A stretch of 64,000 nucleotides of DNA from positions 33,232,001 to 33,296,000 of the forward strand of contig CM120642.1 in the NCBI GenBank assembly GCA_051362555.1, given 5' to 3'. This DNA comes from Lingula anatina (taxonomy: Eukaryota; Animalia; Brachiopoda). The notes beneath the pieces are model-generated. The model did not search any database. It was not told where the DNA came from and saw only the letters and a list, made by a program, of their open reading frames with translations. The position numbers and the translations under genes were made by a program. Shown in pieces: positions 1 to 13,869 of this stretch; the stretch's first letter is position 1, and each line of letters opens with the position of its first letter.

Positions 1-617
1 GTTAGGGGATTTACACAAAGCGTTAAGTAAGAAGGAAAATTCACTCATTAGATATTTATTCAGCAACTGCAGTAAAATAGCATTTTTTATTTTCGTTTCT
101 TTACAGACGCCAAACTGTTATGCAAGCTTTAACCTTGGGTTTTAACCAAGACGGCATTTGCAGTTCGTGGAAAACCGTGATTGGATAAGCAGTAGCCAGG
201 CTGCCTTTTACTTCAGTAAAGTTGTTACAAACCTGGCATCTGAAACCCCACGAAACACGACGGATTAATGTAATCAAGCGGTAGTCGTTACCTAACTCCA
301 TGTTCGCGAGCTAAATATACACCGGTAAACTTACTGCTTTTCAATTCTCACAATTATTCACAAGAGTTTACAGATTACCTGCTCCGAAACGCTGTGGTGA
401 CCCTCGCTTCATCGGAACACGAAGACTTACATTTGGATTTTGCTTGTGACCGAGCCCATCTCTAGGAAAAGTGCCCTGCGGATGACGATGACGGTTATTG
501 CTGCAGTCTATATAAACCTGCAGAGAGTGATTCTCACCACAGTCATCACTGCCCCAGTGCCATGTTCTTCTTTAACGCGATACTCCTGAGTAGGAATTGA
601 ACTCCTATTATATAAGA

Positions 618-1832
618 ATGGAACGCAGCATACACCGCTGGAGCGACATAGAGGAAAACTGTAGCGTCGTGAGTGACTTCAAGGGTGTTGGTAACACCCC
701 GGGGGGACCCCAGGCCCACTTCTATAGCTTCATCATGCACGTGTGCGTCACAGGATTTCTGTGCGTCTTCGGGCTCGTAGGCAACTTTCTGTCGCTCATC
801 GTTTTCTTCAAGTACAAAGCCCGGTCCTTGACATTCTACCTCTTGCGTCCACTAGCCATAGCAGACAACGTGCTTCTGCTTATGACGATAGCGCTAATGG
901 TGCTCCCGGCCGTGTACCCCTATTTACGGGTGTTGGAGTGGCCCTCGAAAGAAGAACCGAGAATAGCCGACTGGGCTTGGCCCATAGGAATGGCCGCCCA
1001 GACTGCCTCCATCTGGTCCATCGTCCTGGTCGCCATGGACAGGTTCATCGCAATATGTCAGCCTTTCAAAGCCAGGAAATTCAGGCGCCTCAGCTCAATC
1101 AAGATAAGTATTGGTGCTGTTGTCATATTTTCCGTTTTCTTCAACATTCCACGCTTATTTGAGAAACGCTCAGTGGTCTACTTTAACGCGTGCACCAACT
1201 CCACGGAGACAGGGTACAGAAAACTTATTCTAAAGTACCCGGGATATCGCTTCGGATATTTTGTGGTGGCATACACTTTGATCGATATAATAATTCCTTT
1301 GGCGATCCTGTCCTATGTGAACACGCGTCTGATAATGGAGCTACGGCGAGGGGCAAAGCGACGGAGTCTTAAATGTCAAAATATTCAAAGAGAAGATAAA
1401 ACAATGACAAAGTTATCCGTCGTCATTGTAACAGTTTTTACAATCTGCCAACCGCCGTCTTTGGTGACACAAGTATTGGACGCCGCGGAGGACCATCTTG
1501 ACGCCAATATGATGGTGTTTAGACAATATTATGTGCCCTTTTCGAACGTGATGGTCGTCCTGAATTCTTCGGTGAATTTTGCGGTTTGTTATATTTTCTG
1601 TCGCGGATTCAGACGCTCGTTGGCCAAGTTATTGACTTGTGGGAGATCAGCGGACGAGGAGCCAGACGCTAACAGGAACAACTACAGCTCCGAGTATTGG
1701 ACCAGGGAAATGTTGGCACAGAAGTGCGACCATGGAGTAGCCATGCCTTTATGTAACCGAGCCAAAAGTCACTCCAACTGTGCGTGTACTGATATATGTT
1801 TTATTGATGAGAATGACATAACAAAGGTTTAA
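618..1832 (+). CDS. Intronless rhodopsin-class peptide GPCR, FMRFamide/sex-peptide-receptor-like
   Basis: Single ORF of about 404 aa from ATG 618 with seven hydrophobic segments and class A motifs: GLVGN (TM1), LAIAD (TM2), DRFIAIC (TM3), FNIPRLFE (TM4), CQPP (TM6), NSSVNF (TM7). The ligand cannot be assigned from sequence. Confidence 0.88.
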   Translation: MERSIHRWSDIEENCSVVSDFKGVGNTPGGPQAHFYSFIMHVCVTGFLCVFGLVGNFLSLIVFFKYKARSLTFYLLRPLAIADNVLLLMTIALMVLPAVYPYLRVLEWPSKEEPRIADWAWPIGMAAQTASIWSIVLVAMDRFIAICQPFKARKFRRLSSIKISIGAVVIFSVFFNIPRLFEKRSVVYFNACTNSTETGYRKLILKYPGYRFGYFVVAYTLIDIIIPLAILSYVNTRLIMELRRGAKRRSLKCQNIQREDKTMTKLSVVIVTVFTICQPPSLVTQVLDAAEDHLDANMMVFRQYYVPFSNVMVVLNSSVNFAVCYIFCRGFRRSLAKLLTCGRSADEEPDANRNNYSSEYWTREMLAQKCDHGVAMPLCNRAKSHSNCACTDICFIDENDITKV

Positions 1833-2608
1833 GGACCAGGTTCTATCTTTTTTGTTTATTTTTACGGTAACATTAAGAGCAAAAATAACAACTTTGTTCA
1901 TAAGAAAAGTTATAACTCGCACACTGTAAAAGTCAGTTTTGCAAACAAGATTGACTTGGGAACTTTAGTCGTGCTTGCCATAGTCGGAATGAGTGAGAAT
2001 GATAACTCACAGCAGACTTAAAATGGCTAACTTGTTAAGTTAGCCTGACTAAGAATGTTATATGCCACTTACTACATGTACCAAACCCTTTACCGGGCAT
2101 GTTACGCTGTTGTCTCCAAAAGACAAAACTATTACCAAGAATAGATAATATGTGCTACAGACACAGTCACCACCGGGAAATCTTCCATTTACACGTATAT
2201 CATGCAAACATAATGTATGATATACACGTACCATGGGCGATTTTTCTCGTCAGAGACAAAATATTGATTGTATGAGAGATGCATCGAAATTAGCTTCGTT
2301 TCCTGTCACTTTCTGTTTCAAACATACCATCATTTTTGTATTTCTAGTGACTTAATGATGATAGGTTGTTATTGAAAAACAAAAATTAATACCTATGAGA
2401 AAAGTCACCAAATTCACCATTTAAAGCAAGTACATGTAAAACGTGCAATGCTTTGCTCTTAAAGGTAGTTTTACATGTATCTTCTTCTACTTAAGACAGG
2501 CAAAAATGCCATCAGTTGTCCTTAGTGTAATCCGTTAAAAGTACAATGTTATCCCACTGGGATCAGCAAAGTAGTTGGCCATATTGATTAACATGCATAT
2601 GCCTCATT

Positions 2609-2783
2609 GGCCCCATTTAGAATAAGGAACCAACTAGTCCGAGGGTCAAATATGGCGACCAACTACAAAGCTTGCCGTCTAATCCGCTAATAGGCACTTA
2701 ATAGATATCCCGTGGGAAAGAATTCAAGTGGGTCGGCCATATTGGACCCTCGGACAAGTTAGTCCACTGTTCTGAATGCGACC
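2609..2783. mobile_element. MITE family A, copy 1
   Basis: Imperfect TIRs GGCCCCATTTAGAA...TTCTGAATGCGACC and internal inverted arms (GTCCGAGGGTCAAATATGGC). The core is the reverse complement of the core of the 6143-6316 copy. Confidence 0.75.
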
Positions 2784-3203
2784 ATAGTGACCATTATGTG
2801 GATAAATGCCTTTACTAACTTAATTTATAAAATTAGTCACAGCTCTGTAAGTTGAAAAACTTAGTCGTACTGACGAAAGTTTGTTTCTCGCTCAATTTTT
2901 TACCTACGTCTGCCATAAATGGATACAAGAGAACTTTTATGGGTAATGCTTGAAGTACATGTTTTTTACTTTAAATGTACGTTTTTCGTTGTCATTACTA
3001 TTAAATGGGGATACGTTTTATGATTTTATCCTTATATTACTGTATTATGTATTACAATCGCCAAGTAGGTAAGAATGACGTGCGATGCCAGAAAACTGAA
3101 CGCCATCTGTTTCGTGTGTCTGAAATATCCGTAGCCATCATTTTGTGTTAATTTTCCTGTAGCGCGAACTTTAAAACTTATTCATTCAAGAGGTTGAAAT
3201 GAG

Positions 3204-3247
<44 letters not shown>

Positions 3248-6142
3248 AAACCCTAAAAATAAAATTATAAGGCCATTGATTGCCAATGTATGTAGCACCT
3301 CTGAAATACTTTTTCTGCGATGGATTAATGAAAATACTGCTAAAATCTCAAACCCTAGACAGCAGAGGAACTAACTTGTACTATTTCCTTGCCAAAATCA
3401 ATAAAATGTACCATATCGGTTGAACGCTATGTTTGATTTATATTTGTACCGTTTCCGTCGTTAGATATTTTTATTGTAACTTTGTTTTTTCTGTTTATTT
3501 ATTTATTGGTTGATGGATGGATCGATCCATTTAAACCCATTTTTGTCCTTTGCAATTTAAAAAACAAACAAAAAGCAATATTAACAGCACAAAAAAGGGA
3601 GAAAGGTCTAGTATTGAGCATGCATAAAAAACCTGCTGTAGCACTGGCCTTACTTCGCTAATAGCACGTTATATAGGTTTCCTATTGAAATGCCCTTGTT
3701 GAATTTTCTAAGGTACTTGAGAGTAGCATTGGAAGTATTTTGCATCGCATCGCTGATAAAAACGTTTTGCAAGAGTGCGAGGCATTTTCAATATACTGTC
3801 GATTTCCTTTATACGCTACGCGTATCAATCATCATTTTAGTTCGAAGACACTCTTACGTTTGTTCTGAAAGGATTTTCATGACGAATGATCTATGGAACG
3901 ATCTAATTACAATCACAGCTTATCATCTGGTATCAAGTTCATTTATTTTCATTTTGAATTGGCAAACGTTTCGCACAAAACACCCAGAGCTTTTTCCTTA
4001 ATTAATGGCAATGTCTCAAGTAATTTATGTTTGACCCTAGGTTTACAATATGATGCGCACGAATCAATCCTCTTAAAAGAACAAAAAATCTGTAAGCACA
4101 GAAAAATGCCATATTTTACAAGGGATGAAAAGTCATCCGTAATTAGCCTGGACCCAAAAGACAAATGACAAATGAAAATACATCAATTGAATAAATACTG
4201 TATATGTTTAGAATACGGGGGGGGGGGGGGGGGGGAGGGGGGGGATATACATTGGACCCCCCTTACCCTGATTAACTTAGCAGACGAAATGTTTGCTGGC
4301 AAACTATCCGTTTAGGAAACAGAACTTGCCAGTATTTTTCTAAGGATAGTTTCTATTTTTCATATGATTGCTTTCTGCGTCCCTGTAATATCCTCCTAAT
4401 TGCGCACCTGCCTTTCTCTTTGTAATTAACCGTTTCCTTGGTTCTCATGTTCTACTGAGGCGTAGTTATTATTGCTGTAAACATTCTCATTTTACCATCT
4501 TAAAAACCGCTCAAGTATAAACTTATATATATGCCCCTCCGGCTGTGTTGCCACTGGCAACCAGCAGCTTGTTAGGTCCCATTCCCAATGAAACTTTCTC
4601 TATATGTAAATCGTTCCAACTCCGCAGAGACTCTTGTTGAATGCAGTCAGCTTAACTGAATGACATGCCTTCTCCTCCTTTCAAGGTAATCATATAATCA
4701 CCAGCTTTTCTGCACTCTACTCAACGCCAGGAGGAGACGAGTTAAGGTGTTAATCTGATTGCATTCAGCGAGATTCCCGCCGGAGTTTGCTCTATCTACG
4801 TAGATGGTTTCAGGAAAGGTACATGGTATATGGTTTCAGGGGAAAAAAAGAGGAATAACAATATATTTTACAATTGAATGCCTGATATCATCTCTGTTGT
4901 GTAATGTGGCATATGTAAAATTTATGTGTTGCAGGGCTCCGAATTCATACTTGATTTCCTATATGGAATATCTATCATTACTTTCAGACTCCGACTCTAG
5001 TTTGGTCACCAGCCACTGCAAATGTGCTTATATTTGACAATTAAAGAATTCCTGTCACACCGGCCGACCAGATAATGGGTGTAGTCCACCTTTTTCAAAA
5101 ACAATTAATGTCTAATCTTCCTTTCCCTTTTCCACCCTAGAATAAAGACGAAAGAGGACACTCTTAGACACAATTAACTTCAACTTTACATGCGTTTCCC
5201 GGACCCGGGGGCTGTGTGATTGCCACTAATTTGCTCATTAGATCTTAAATTGCTTTACCAGGCACTACAAAACCATCTTGATACATTCACAGGGGAGGAA
5301 AGTACATTGTCTCCAACTCTCGTGGATAAATTTAATTATTTACGTAATTAGAAATGATTAAAGCAGAGAGTTCAACTGAGGCGATATAATCATTAATACG
5401 GGAATAATAGTTGTTGATCCAAGAGGCAAGTTGAATTGCCAACCCGCATCAGTTGACAAAAGTGTTCAAATCTTGACTGAATTAGACCCCATTCCCATAT
5501 CTGGATCGATCTAACAGGATCGATCCATCTCCAAGGGGTTTCTCGCTAAATTGCTTTCAGATTAAGCTGCTCTGATGTTTGGCACGCCTACTGAAGCTGT
5601 TCGGGGGTAATTAACAATCGTTTAGCAGCCTCAGCTTAAGGGAGTGGGGTCTTATTGTTTTATATTCAGCGGCTGAAATGTCTGAAACATGCCACCATTT
5701 CTTCCCACAAGAGGAAACTTTCCCGCCCTATCCCCCGTCTCAGTATCCGTTGTCATCTTAACAAATTTTATCCAACCAATACATTAGACAAAGCTTCGCC
5801 ATTTCAACAATTTACCATTTTTCGGATGTGGGCGCCATGTCTCTCTCTCTCTCTCTCTTTACAAAGTAATAATGTATTGAATTCTTACATCGAACTATCA
5901 CAAAGAAGTCTGTTTGTTAAAACTCTTTATGGCCTTCAATCTTTTATGGAAGAGCAATCTGATCGAACAAACACTTGGCGGTAATAATTATCTGCAAAGA
6001 TATCGATTTGCTGGCAATCAGTAAAAAATAGTGTCTCTTAAAGTTGTCTTGACCACATGAAGTGCAAGCTGAAGCTCTCTTCGCGCTGTATTACTTAACT
6101 TACCGAAAAGTCAATGAGAAATGTAGATCTGTACTAATCTAG

Positions 6143-6316
6143 GGCCCCATTCAGAATTGGGAACTTACTAGTCCGAGGGTCAAATATGGCCGACCCACTT
6201 GAATACTTCCCCACGGGATATCTATTCAGTGTCTATTAGCGGATTAGACGGCAGCCTTTGTAGTTGGTCGCCATATTTGACCCTCAGACTAATTAGTCCC
6301 GATTCTGAATGGAGCC
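6143..6316. mobile_element. MITE family A, copy 2 (PIF/Harbinger-like)
   Basis: TIRs GGCCCCATTCAGAAT / ATTCTGAATGGAGCC flanked by TAG on both sides (3-bp TSD). A truncated relative lies at about 14578-14636. Confidence 0.75.
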
Positions 6317-9313
6317 TAGCTCCTTCTGTGTCAGGTATGGTTTTAAATATGGCTCCAGGAAAATTACCGCGTGGAGAGTATTGCACAGAGAGCTCAAGGG
6401 CTAAAGACGGCTAAATTAACGGCTAATCAATTTGTTTGTCTGGCAACCGATTTCAGATCTAAAAACCTTTTGGCTGAAACTAATGAGTATAGAGCTCTTG
6501 ATCACACAGCCACCAGTTCTGGGAAAGAGGCGTTAAGGGTGAACTTAATAAAATATCTAGAAGCTAAAATTCACGGTTGGCTTGCTCCCGTATGCGATAA
6601 ATGAAACCTCAAATTGACTTGCCATCTCGCGCAAGTGGCTGACACCAGAAAGCCTGACATCAGGAAACGAAAATTGATGACGACAAATCCTCTAGAAAAG
6701 GGAGCTTTGATTGCGTTTCCAACACCAAATACATAAGACACAGTGTCAAATCTCCCTTATCTTTCCAACCAAAGGTCGTGTTAGTCGACCATCGTTTAAT
6801 CCTCTATGCTTGATCTCAAATCTTTATTTACAACTTCTGGGAATTTTTAATATTGTACGTTAAAAATGTATTATACTTGGGTCGTGTAATGCTATCCATG
6901 TAACAAGTACCGAGTAGCTTCTGGCTGATTAAAAAATCTCTTTACCTCAAAATAAATCTGCCGTGATGCAAGCGGAATATTAGGATGCACAAAACATACT
7001 GATGTGCGGAAAACGCATTGACGTAAACACTGAAGTAGATATACTAACTCTGCAGACTTGGTTTTGTTGAACAAAATTAATAAATTACAAAAAAAAAGAC
7101 GTGCAAATTGATATGGATAATGAACCACCAGGTAGACGGAAGGAGGGAAAGAGAGAGAAGAGAAGGAACGAAAGGTTCGCTAACGCACCTGATATTCAGC
7201 TAATTCATTTTATGCAGACAACCGTTGTTCTCTTGAACTCAGTTTTAAATACCAAGAAAAAAAAACATATGATATGAAAGTAAGACATGAAATCAAACAA
7301 TCCAAAATACATTCATCTTTATTCTAGATATTGAGATATTGAAGGTAATAATGATTTAATGGTAGACGTGATTATACCTTGATAATAATGTGTATGTACA
7401 CGTACACAGGTAATGGTACTATGTGCGGACGTCCAAAACTGCTAATCAGTTACACGCAACTATTTTTATTTGAATATAACTACAAAGTTTTATTTGAATA
7501 AGACCCTGCATGCTGTAAACCTATCATCAGCAGACATGCCACATTTCTCATGTTCTTTCCATTCAGAGAATCTTCGGAGCCGGAAAAACAAAAATGATAA
7601 TTATTTCACGCAGATAATTGAGTTTACTGGAACTAACGTACAGTTTTTTTTTTTGGTGGGGGGTGGGGGAGAGGGGGATCTTGAGTCAGGTATCGAAAGT
7701 ATGACCAAACCTAAAAGGCTGTGATAGGAATGCAGGTCCTAGGAATAGATTCCCAGGGGTGAGGATGACCCGAAAGTATCGGATGACCCGGAAGTATCGT
7801 GTCAGTATATTGGACGAATAGCACCTGTAGCCTATAGTGTTGGAAAATATTCTCCGATTTCTGCAACATGCATTGTGAAAATCTTCTGAAATTTCTAGCC
7901 TCGATAACTTTGCAGAGCTACTACATATTGAAAATGTTGCTAGAGTGTGTCTTGGCCGATCAATAGAACAATTAATATTTTGTGGGCAATTAGTAAAAAA
8001 AATATCAGAAGCGGATATAGATCTTCATTGTATCGTTGATTGGATGCCTAGCAAACAAGGAACCAGTAGTTAGACAATAAAGCACTCTACTATCATCAAT
8101 ATTAAGAAAAAAAGACCGTGCGCCTCCAAATAAATCGTTCTAACTTTAAGATTGCATGCACCACGCAATGTTTTCGTTAAAGATATTGATAATTATTCAT
8201 TTTGTGCGTTCACCTGGGTAGTAGTGGTGCATTGGAAAATTACTTTGATTGCGGCAATGTACATTGTATATACATGGCCAGTATGGCGGCTATGGGGTTA
8301 CACTGGTGCGGCATGGACTACTGCAGGCTTATCAGAGAACAATCTACTTTTGGTATCTGATATTCATGGCGTGTGTAGAGCCACTAGTCCGCACAGTTCC
8401 TGTTCTCTGTGACCATGATTACACGTCACTTTATTGGTACGGGGAGCAGTTCTTTTGGCGACCTCCCTCCCCAATTCTATCACTCAGATTCTCGTCATCG
8501 ATCTCCAAATGCTGTCATAATGAACATCTGAGCGTAAAATAACATTGTTACCTTTCCATAACTATATCTGGAGTTTTTTCAAACACAGCATTTTACTAAA
8601 ACCTTTGTCCAATATCATAACTTTGATTTTGCCAACCGTCCATAGGCTTTTAAGCATTTCCTTAACTTTTAACGTTTTTATATATCTATGAGAAAAGCAA
8701 GTAAAGCATTTATAGTTTACGATTTATTTCCATCTTAATTGTGAGCTTAAATTCAATCGTTATTTAATTGATACCAGGTGAACATGTTTATTAATAATTT
8801 AAGCGGAGAGATTAAAGACGGAGGGCATTACATCAAAGAATTTTGAATAGCTTAGTTTAAACTGAAGTCTAAAAGAACACATTTGTTTTTTGTTTTTGTT
8901 TTTCGGCAATAGAAAAGGTTATTTCAGTTTATTTTCGCAAAGAGGCATATCGTTGAACAAGTCTTTGGCGTTGCTACCTTGCAACGGGACTTTAAAGACC
9001 AGGGGTGAGGCGAGTTAGTGGCAATCTAAACATCTAAATGATACATTCAATGGTGGGTAAATCACACGTGAAATTGCATTTCATCTATTTTCTTTCACCT
9101 TCATTGGAGGGCCATATTCATACAGCCCCACCTAAAGAGAAATGTATACAAACTATTATAAAAGCTTTACATAGAGCACTGCAATTCCATAACAAAGCCC
9201 TGCGCTATTTTGATCAACAGAGAAAGGTGAAATTAGGCAGTAAACTTGTGTGTAGAGTTGTTGATTGTTTTCATGGCGCGTATCATCACGCTAGAGTATG
9301 CGCGAACAATGGA

Positions 9314-9348
9314 TGACGTCGCGGATTCGTGCGCGCTTCCCTAGCAAC
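9314..9348. promoter_or_regulatory. CRE-like site and X-box-like (RFX) site upstream of FAM166B
   Basis: TGACGTC at 9314-9320 and GCTTCCCTAGCAAC at 9335-9348, about 130 bp upstream of the ATG of a ciliary gene. Confidence 0.45.
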
Positions 9349-9476
9349 GCGTGACGACCAGCTGCCGTGGCCTGAGACGACGGAAACACAGAAACTTTGT
9401 CGGAACATCCTGTAAATTATTTTGCTCTGAATTTTCACCTGCACTTCATAAGTTTGAGGTGGTACAGCAGAGTAAA

Positions 9477-11231
9477 ATGCCGTTGCCAGCACAAGGAAAA
9501 AGCATCCTCCAGACGGCAGATCCGTATCATATCCCCGGGTAAGTAGCACCATTCTATTGCTGACACTGTGGCATCTTATTTCATGCGGTCAACGTCTGCG
9601 TTTTGTACTAAATAAAGCACACTTTTTATATTTCCAGAATTTGATACAACACGCATGTCCTTCTTTGCTTTTTGGTTTTCTTGATAAGTAAGCTTTTTTC
9701 CAGTATGTATTGATGCATTTCTTTGAAAGGTTTTAATTTCCTCAGCCGGTTGCGGCTGGACAATGAAACAGAGGATCATGACCCTGTAACAAGGGAGCAA
9801 CGAAACGTGATCGCAATTTCTGCTTGCATCTCTGGAGAATTAATGAAATGTGTGGCAATTTTTTTTGGACACATTGAACTGTTGACACGTATTCTGATGC
9901 ACTTTTACATCCCATTTTGCCACTAGATTAGCTGCTGTGCCGGATTAGAAATAATTTAATAGAGCAGTCAAGAGTTCACTTCAGATAGGATCATGGTTTT
10001 ACGTAATCTCAGCCTTACTTGTGAAATTGTTAATGTTGTTGCCAAATGTCACAATGGTTATAGTCACGGCGACATTTGGCCATGGTGACATTTGGCAGCG
10101 ACCGTAAACCATATTGAAGTTGAAAACCCCCCTTTAGGTGTTCAGAAAATCGTTATTTTGAATAATTATTAAATTACCATATGAGCTTACGTAAATATTT
10201 TAACCAAAAATTGATGGATAATGCACCCACCATTCGTTAATTTTTGATATAAGCTGAAGATTTTCTCACTACATTACGTAGATTTTCCATTATTGAAAAA
10301 ATTCGTTTCCGAACTTTTTTGGCTGAGTGTATATAACTGTCCCATGAGATAATTCCATTAATAATCAGAAAACAGACGGTGGAAGTGATACAAACCATCG
10401 CACGCCCATCCATACAGAAATATAGACAAAGTTTACACAATGCTAAAGACTGGATCATTGTTTTGATGAACATAGTTTAATTGTGAAATATTTATGAACA
10501 GAAATAATCACAATCTAAAATAAGTAGGACTGGTAGTCGTATATATCGATTGGCTGGATTAAAATATAGGTACCCAGCCAGACAGAAAAGCAGACAATGC
10601 GACAAATATTTGTAACATTTAGTTTGAAACAATAAGGATACATTTGCTACTTTTTTGTTAGACATGTTAATTTTTTTTCAATGAGATTAATCACCAGAAA
10701 ATAATTCATTTTACTATATTTATTTATTTATTATTTTTTATTTATTTTTTTTATTTCCAGGTATGGCGGATACTGTCCCCAGTTCAAATACCAAATAGGC
10801 CAAACGTTTGGGAAGACCACAAACCGACTGCTGCAGGACTGTAACGTCCCCAGCTCTGGGCGGCTAGTCCTGGCCGAGATCTACCCCTCCTTCACCGAGA
10901 CCGACAAACTTCAGGACATGAGGGATCATCTTATGAAGACGAGGACGGCCAGCTGGGGGGACCAGAAACTGGTGCAGGCCATGGTACCCGGGTATACAGG
11001 TAAAACACCTGGAAAGAATAGGCCTGTGTAACAGGAAAGGAAGTCTGCTGGGAACCGTTGTCCGCCCCCCTGTCCGTTTCCCTTTGCTTTCTACAGGTGG
11101 TCCTTTATTGTCCCATATCCTAACCCCAATACTCCGACTATCCCACACCTGTTCTAATCATATGGGACCCCGGACTTCAATTCCTAGGACTACCATTCCT
11201 GTCACACCGGCTCCTCTTCTTCTTCTTCATC

Positions 11232-11274
<43 letters not shown>

Positions 11275-13794
11275 TCTTGATTGATTAAGCACATTTGATA
11301 CAATCACTTTTATCTAACAGCTGAATACAAGGAGATCGAACATGTGTTGCTATTTTACAGTATGTCTCCCTTACAAGATGGGTATGATTCGTTGAGGTAA
11401 TTCTCAAAATACCTGCCATTTCATTCCTATGCTTCTGAAAATGATTGATGTTCTATTGTATTGGTTATTTACCCAGCAGTTAAAGGCCCCAGATACTAGC
11501 CTGCTGAAAAACACCTCACCTGATTGTCAAATTAAAACATAAGACATTAGAGTGATTTTTAGGAAGTTGACTGAGCATAGCTAGCTTGCATTGTGTTGAC
11601 AAGGACCCTCTTTTCTTGTCCCTCCCTCTACTTCTTCTCTCGCTCTTCCTTTCGATGATGAGAAAAGAGAGACGAGCAGGACAACAGGCTTTAATCGAGG
11701 CAACTAGGGCGAATTGGCTGTTCCCATTGGTGTAAGTTCACAACATCAGGTGCGACTGCAAAAGTATATTTTAATATCAAATAAACAATTATTGGGAGAA
11801 TTATGTAGAACCTTCAATTTCCTGCGTTGCAGTTACAAAAGTCACGAAATGAATCCGTATTATTCTATATAACTATGGCAATTTAATTTCCGGAGACGTG
11901 GGATAGCACATGGTTCTTCCTGTGGAAATTCCCGGAATGGTACCTTAAAATACCCCTATCAATATCTGTGGTGATGCTTCTTTATCTGGAAGTTGTTCTC
12001 ATTTAAGGGATTCATGAACCTCTGTCAAATATAATGACTAATTGTTAGGCTTATATAGGTAATCGTAACTTTTAATAACCCTATCAAACATTATGAAAAA
12101 CTGCGCTGCCCTTGCTCTGGAAGTTGTTGTTATTGAGGAAATTTTGTCTTATAATACCCCTATCAAAGTTAATAACAAGTTGTTAGGGTTATTTAGGAAA
12201 TAGTTAATTTTAATAACCCTATCAAACATTGTGAACAACTGTTGTTCCGTGATCTCGACGTTGTTGTTATTGAGGAAATTGTATCTTAAAATACCTCTAT
12301 CAAATATAATGACAAGTTGTAAGGCTTATTTAGGAATTTTGTTCAGCATAGTGAGTTTGCTTTTGATAATGTAACAGTCTTGCTGCTTTTCATGGATGGT
12401 CTTTGAGTCATCTTTTTATGATAGGAAGGGATAAAAAATGGATCTGATGTCTGCTTTGATGCCTTAGTCTGTTTATTCACCATTGTTGGCAAGGGCTGGA
12501 TAATTATTGTTATCCTTAAAAGGTACCAGAGTTAATTGGAAATCTAGCATTATAATAGAGCCACTGTGCATCAGATCGCAAGCTTAATTAACATACTTAT
12601 TATAGTACCATTCCGATCCCCAAGTTCACAGAAGACCTTTGATGATGTTGTTTGCGAGCGTGTACTGCTTTCTTTTGGTCTGTTTTACAAGCATTTTAAT
12701 TATCGTAATAAATCTCAGTATTTTTGTTTATTATTTCTAGGATTTATTCCAAAGAGTGAACACTATTTTGGTAAAAGATACGCAGAAAATTGCTCCAACG
12801 CCATCTCAGACTTTGAAAACGATCAGCGGACCTACAACCGCAAGGCTCAAGAACTGAGAGTGATAGATGCGCTTCAAAGCGGTAAAATGGACCCAAGCAA
12901 TGTAGACAAATTACCCGTAAGCAACTTAGCTTGCATCTTAGTAATTAAAACATCATGGTTTTCAGGGTGTGTAGCGTTTTGCTCAAAGGAACTCACTTTA
13001 AAAAGTTCAATGCCATCGAGACTAAACGCATATGTATTCCAAGTCGTATTCAATTTGTTATTCATGAGTTGGTAATCAATATAACCAACAACAATCTAAC
13101 AGTAAATATCCGTAAGCTATTTCAAGATATTTCAGGATAAAAATTATTACTTGAACAACGCTTTATTTCTAATTTTTCGAGTTATGCATCAGTGATCGCC
13201 AGATGTGATTTCCGGGAAATTTATAGATACAACAGTGCATAAAAAAGAGAATCAATAGACTGCTTTTCTATAGCAATTATCATTATGATAGCCGAATTTC
13301 ATACTTCAGCAAACGCAATATCGGTGGTCGGTCTAGTGAAATATGGCACTTAAAGACAATTTTAAGGTCGACAATAATTTACAACGCTTCGATAACATGC
13401 GATGGTTAAAAGAAATTATTTGATTTCATTACCATGTGGTAGATTTCTACCAAAGATAATTCTTCTCCCATAGTTTATATATAACGGCACATGGAATATC
13501 TGCTTTTGTTGACTAAAAAGTAGGAAGTTTCATTTCAGAATGATTAGAATTATATATCCTACTGAGTATATTATATTTGCTTAGTCATTTATCCATACAC
13601 GCCTGCTAACATGCACACAAATAACCTTACATATCCATCGCGGTGTAAAAGCAGAGGAGGCACATTCCCCCATTTTTTACTGAAAAAAAGAGGTTGGTCC
13701 TGGGGGGCGGGGTTGCTTATCAAGCCGTACTCTTTGGGTAATTTGTAGATTGCTTCGTCGCTTTTCAACTGTTAAATATACATTTACATGTAGG

Positions 13795-13869
<75 letters not shown>

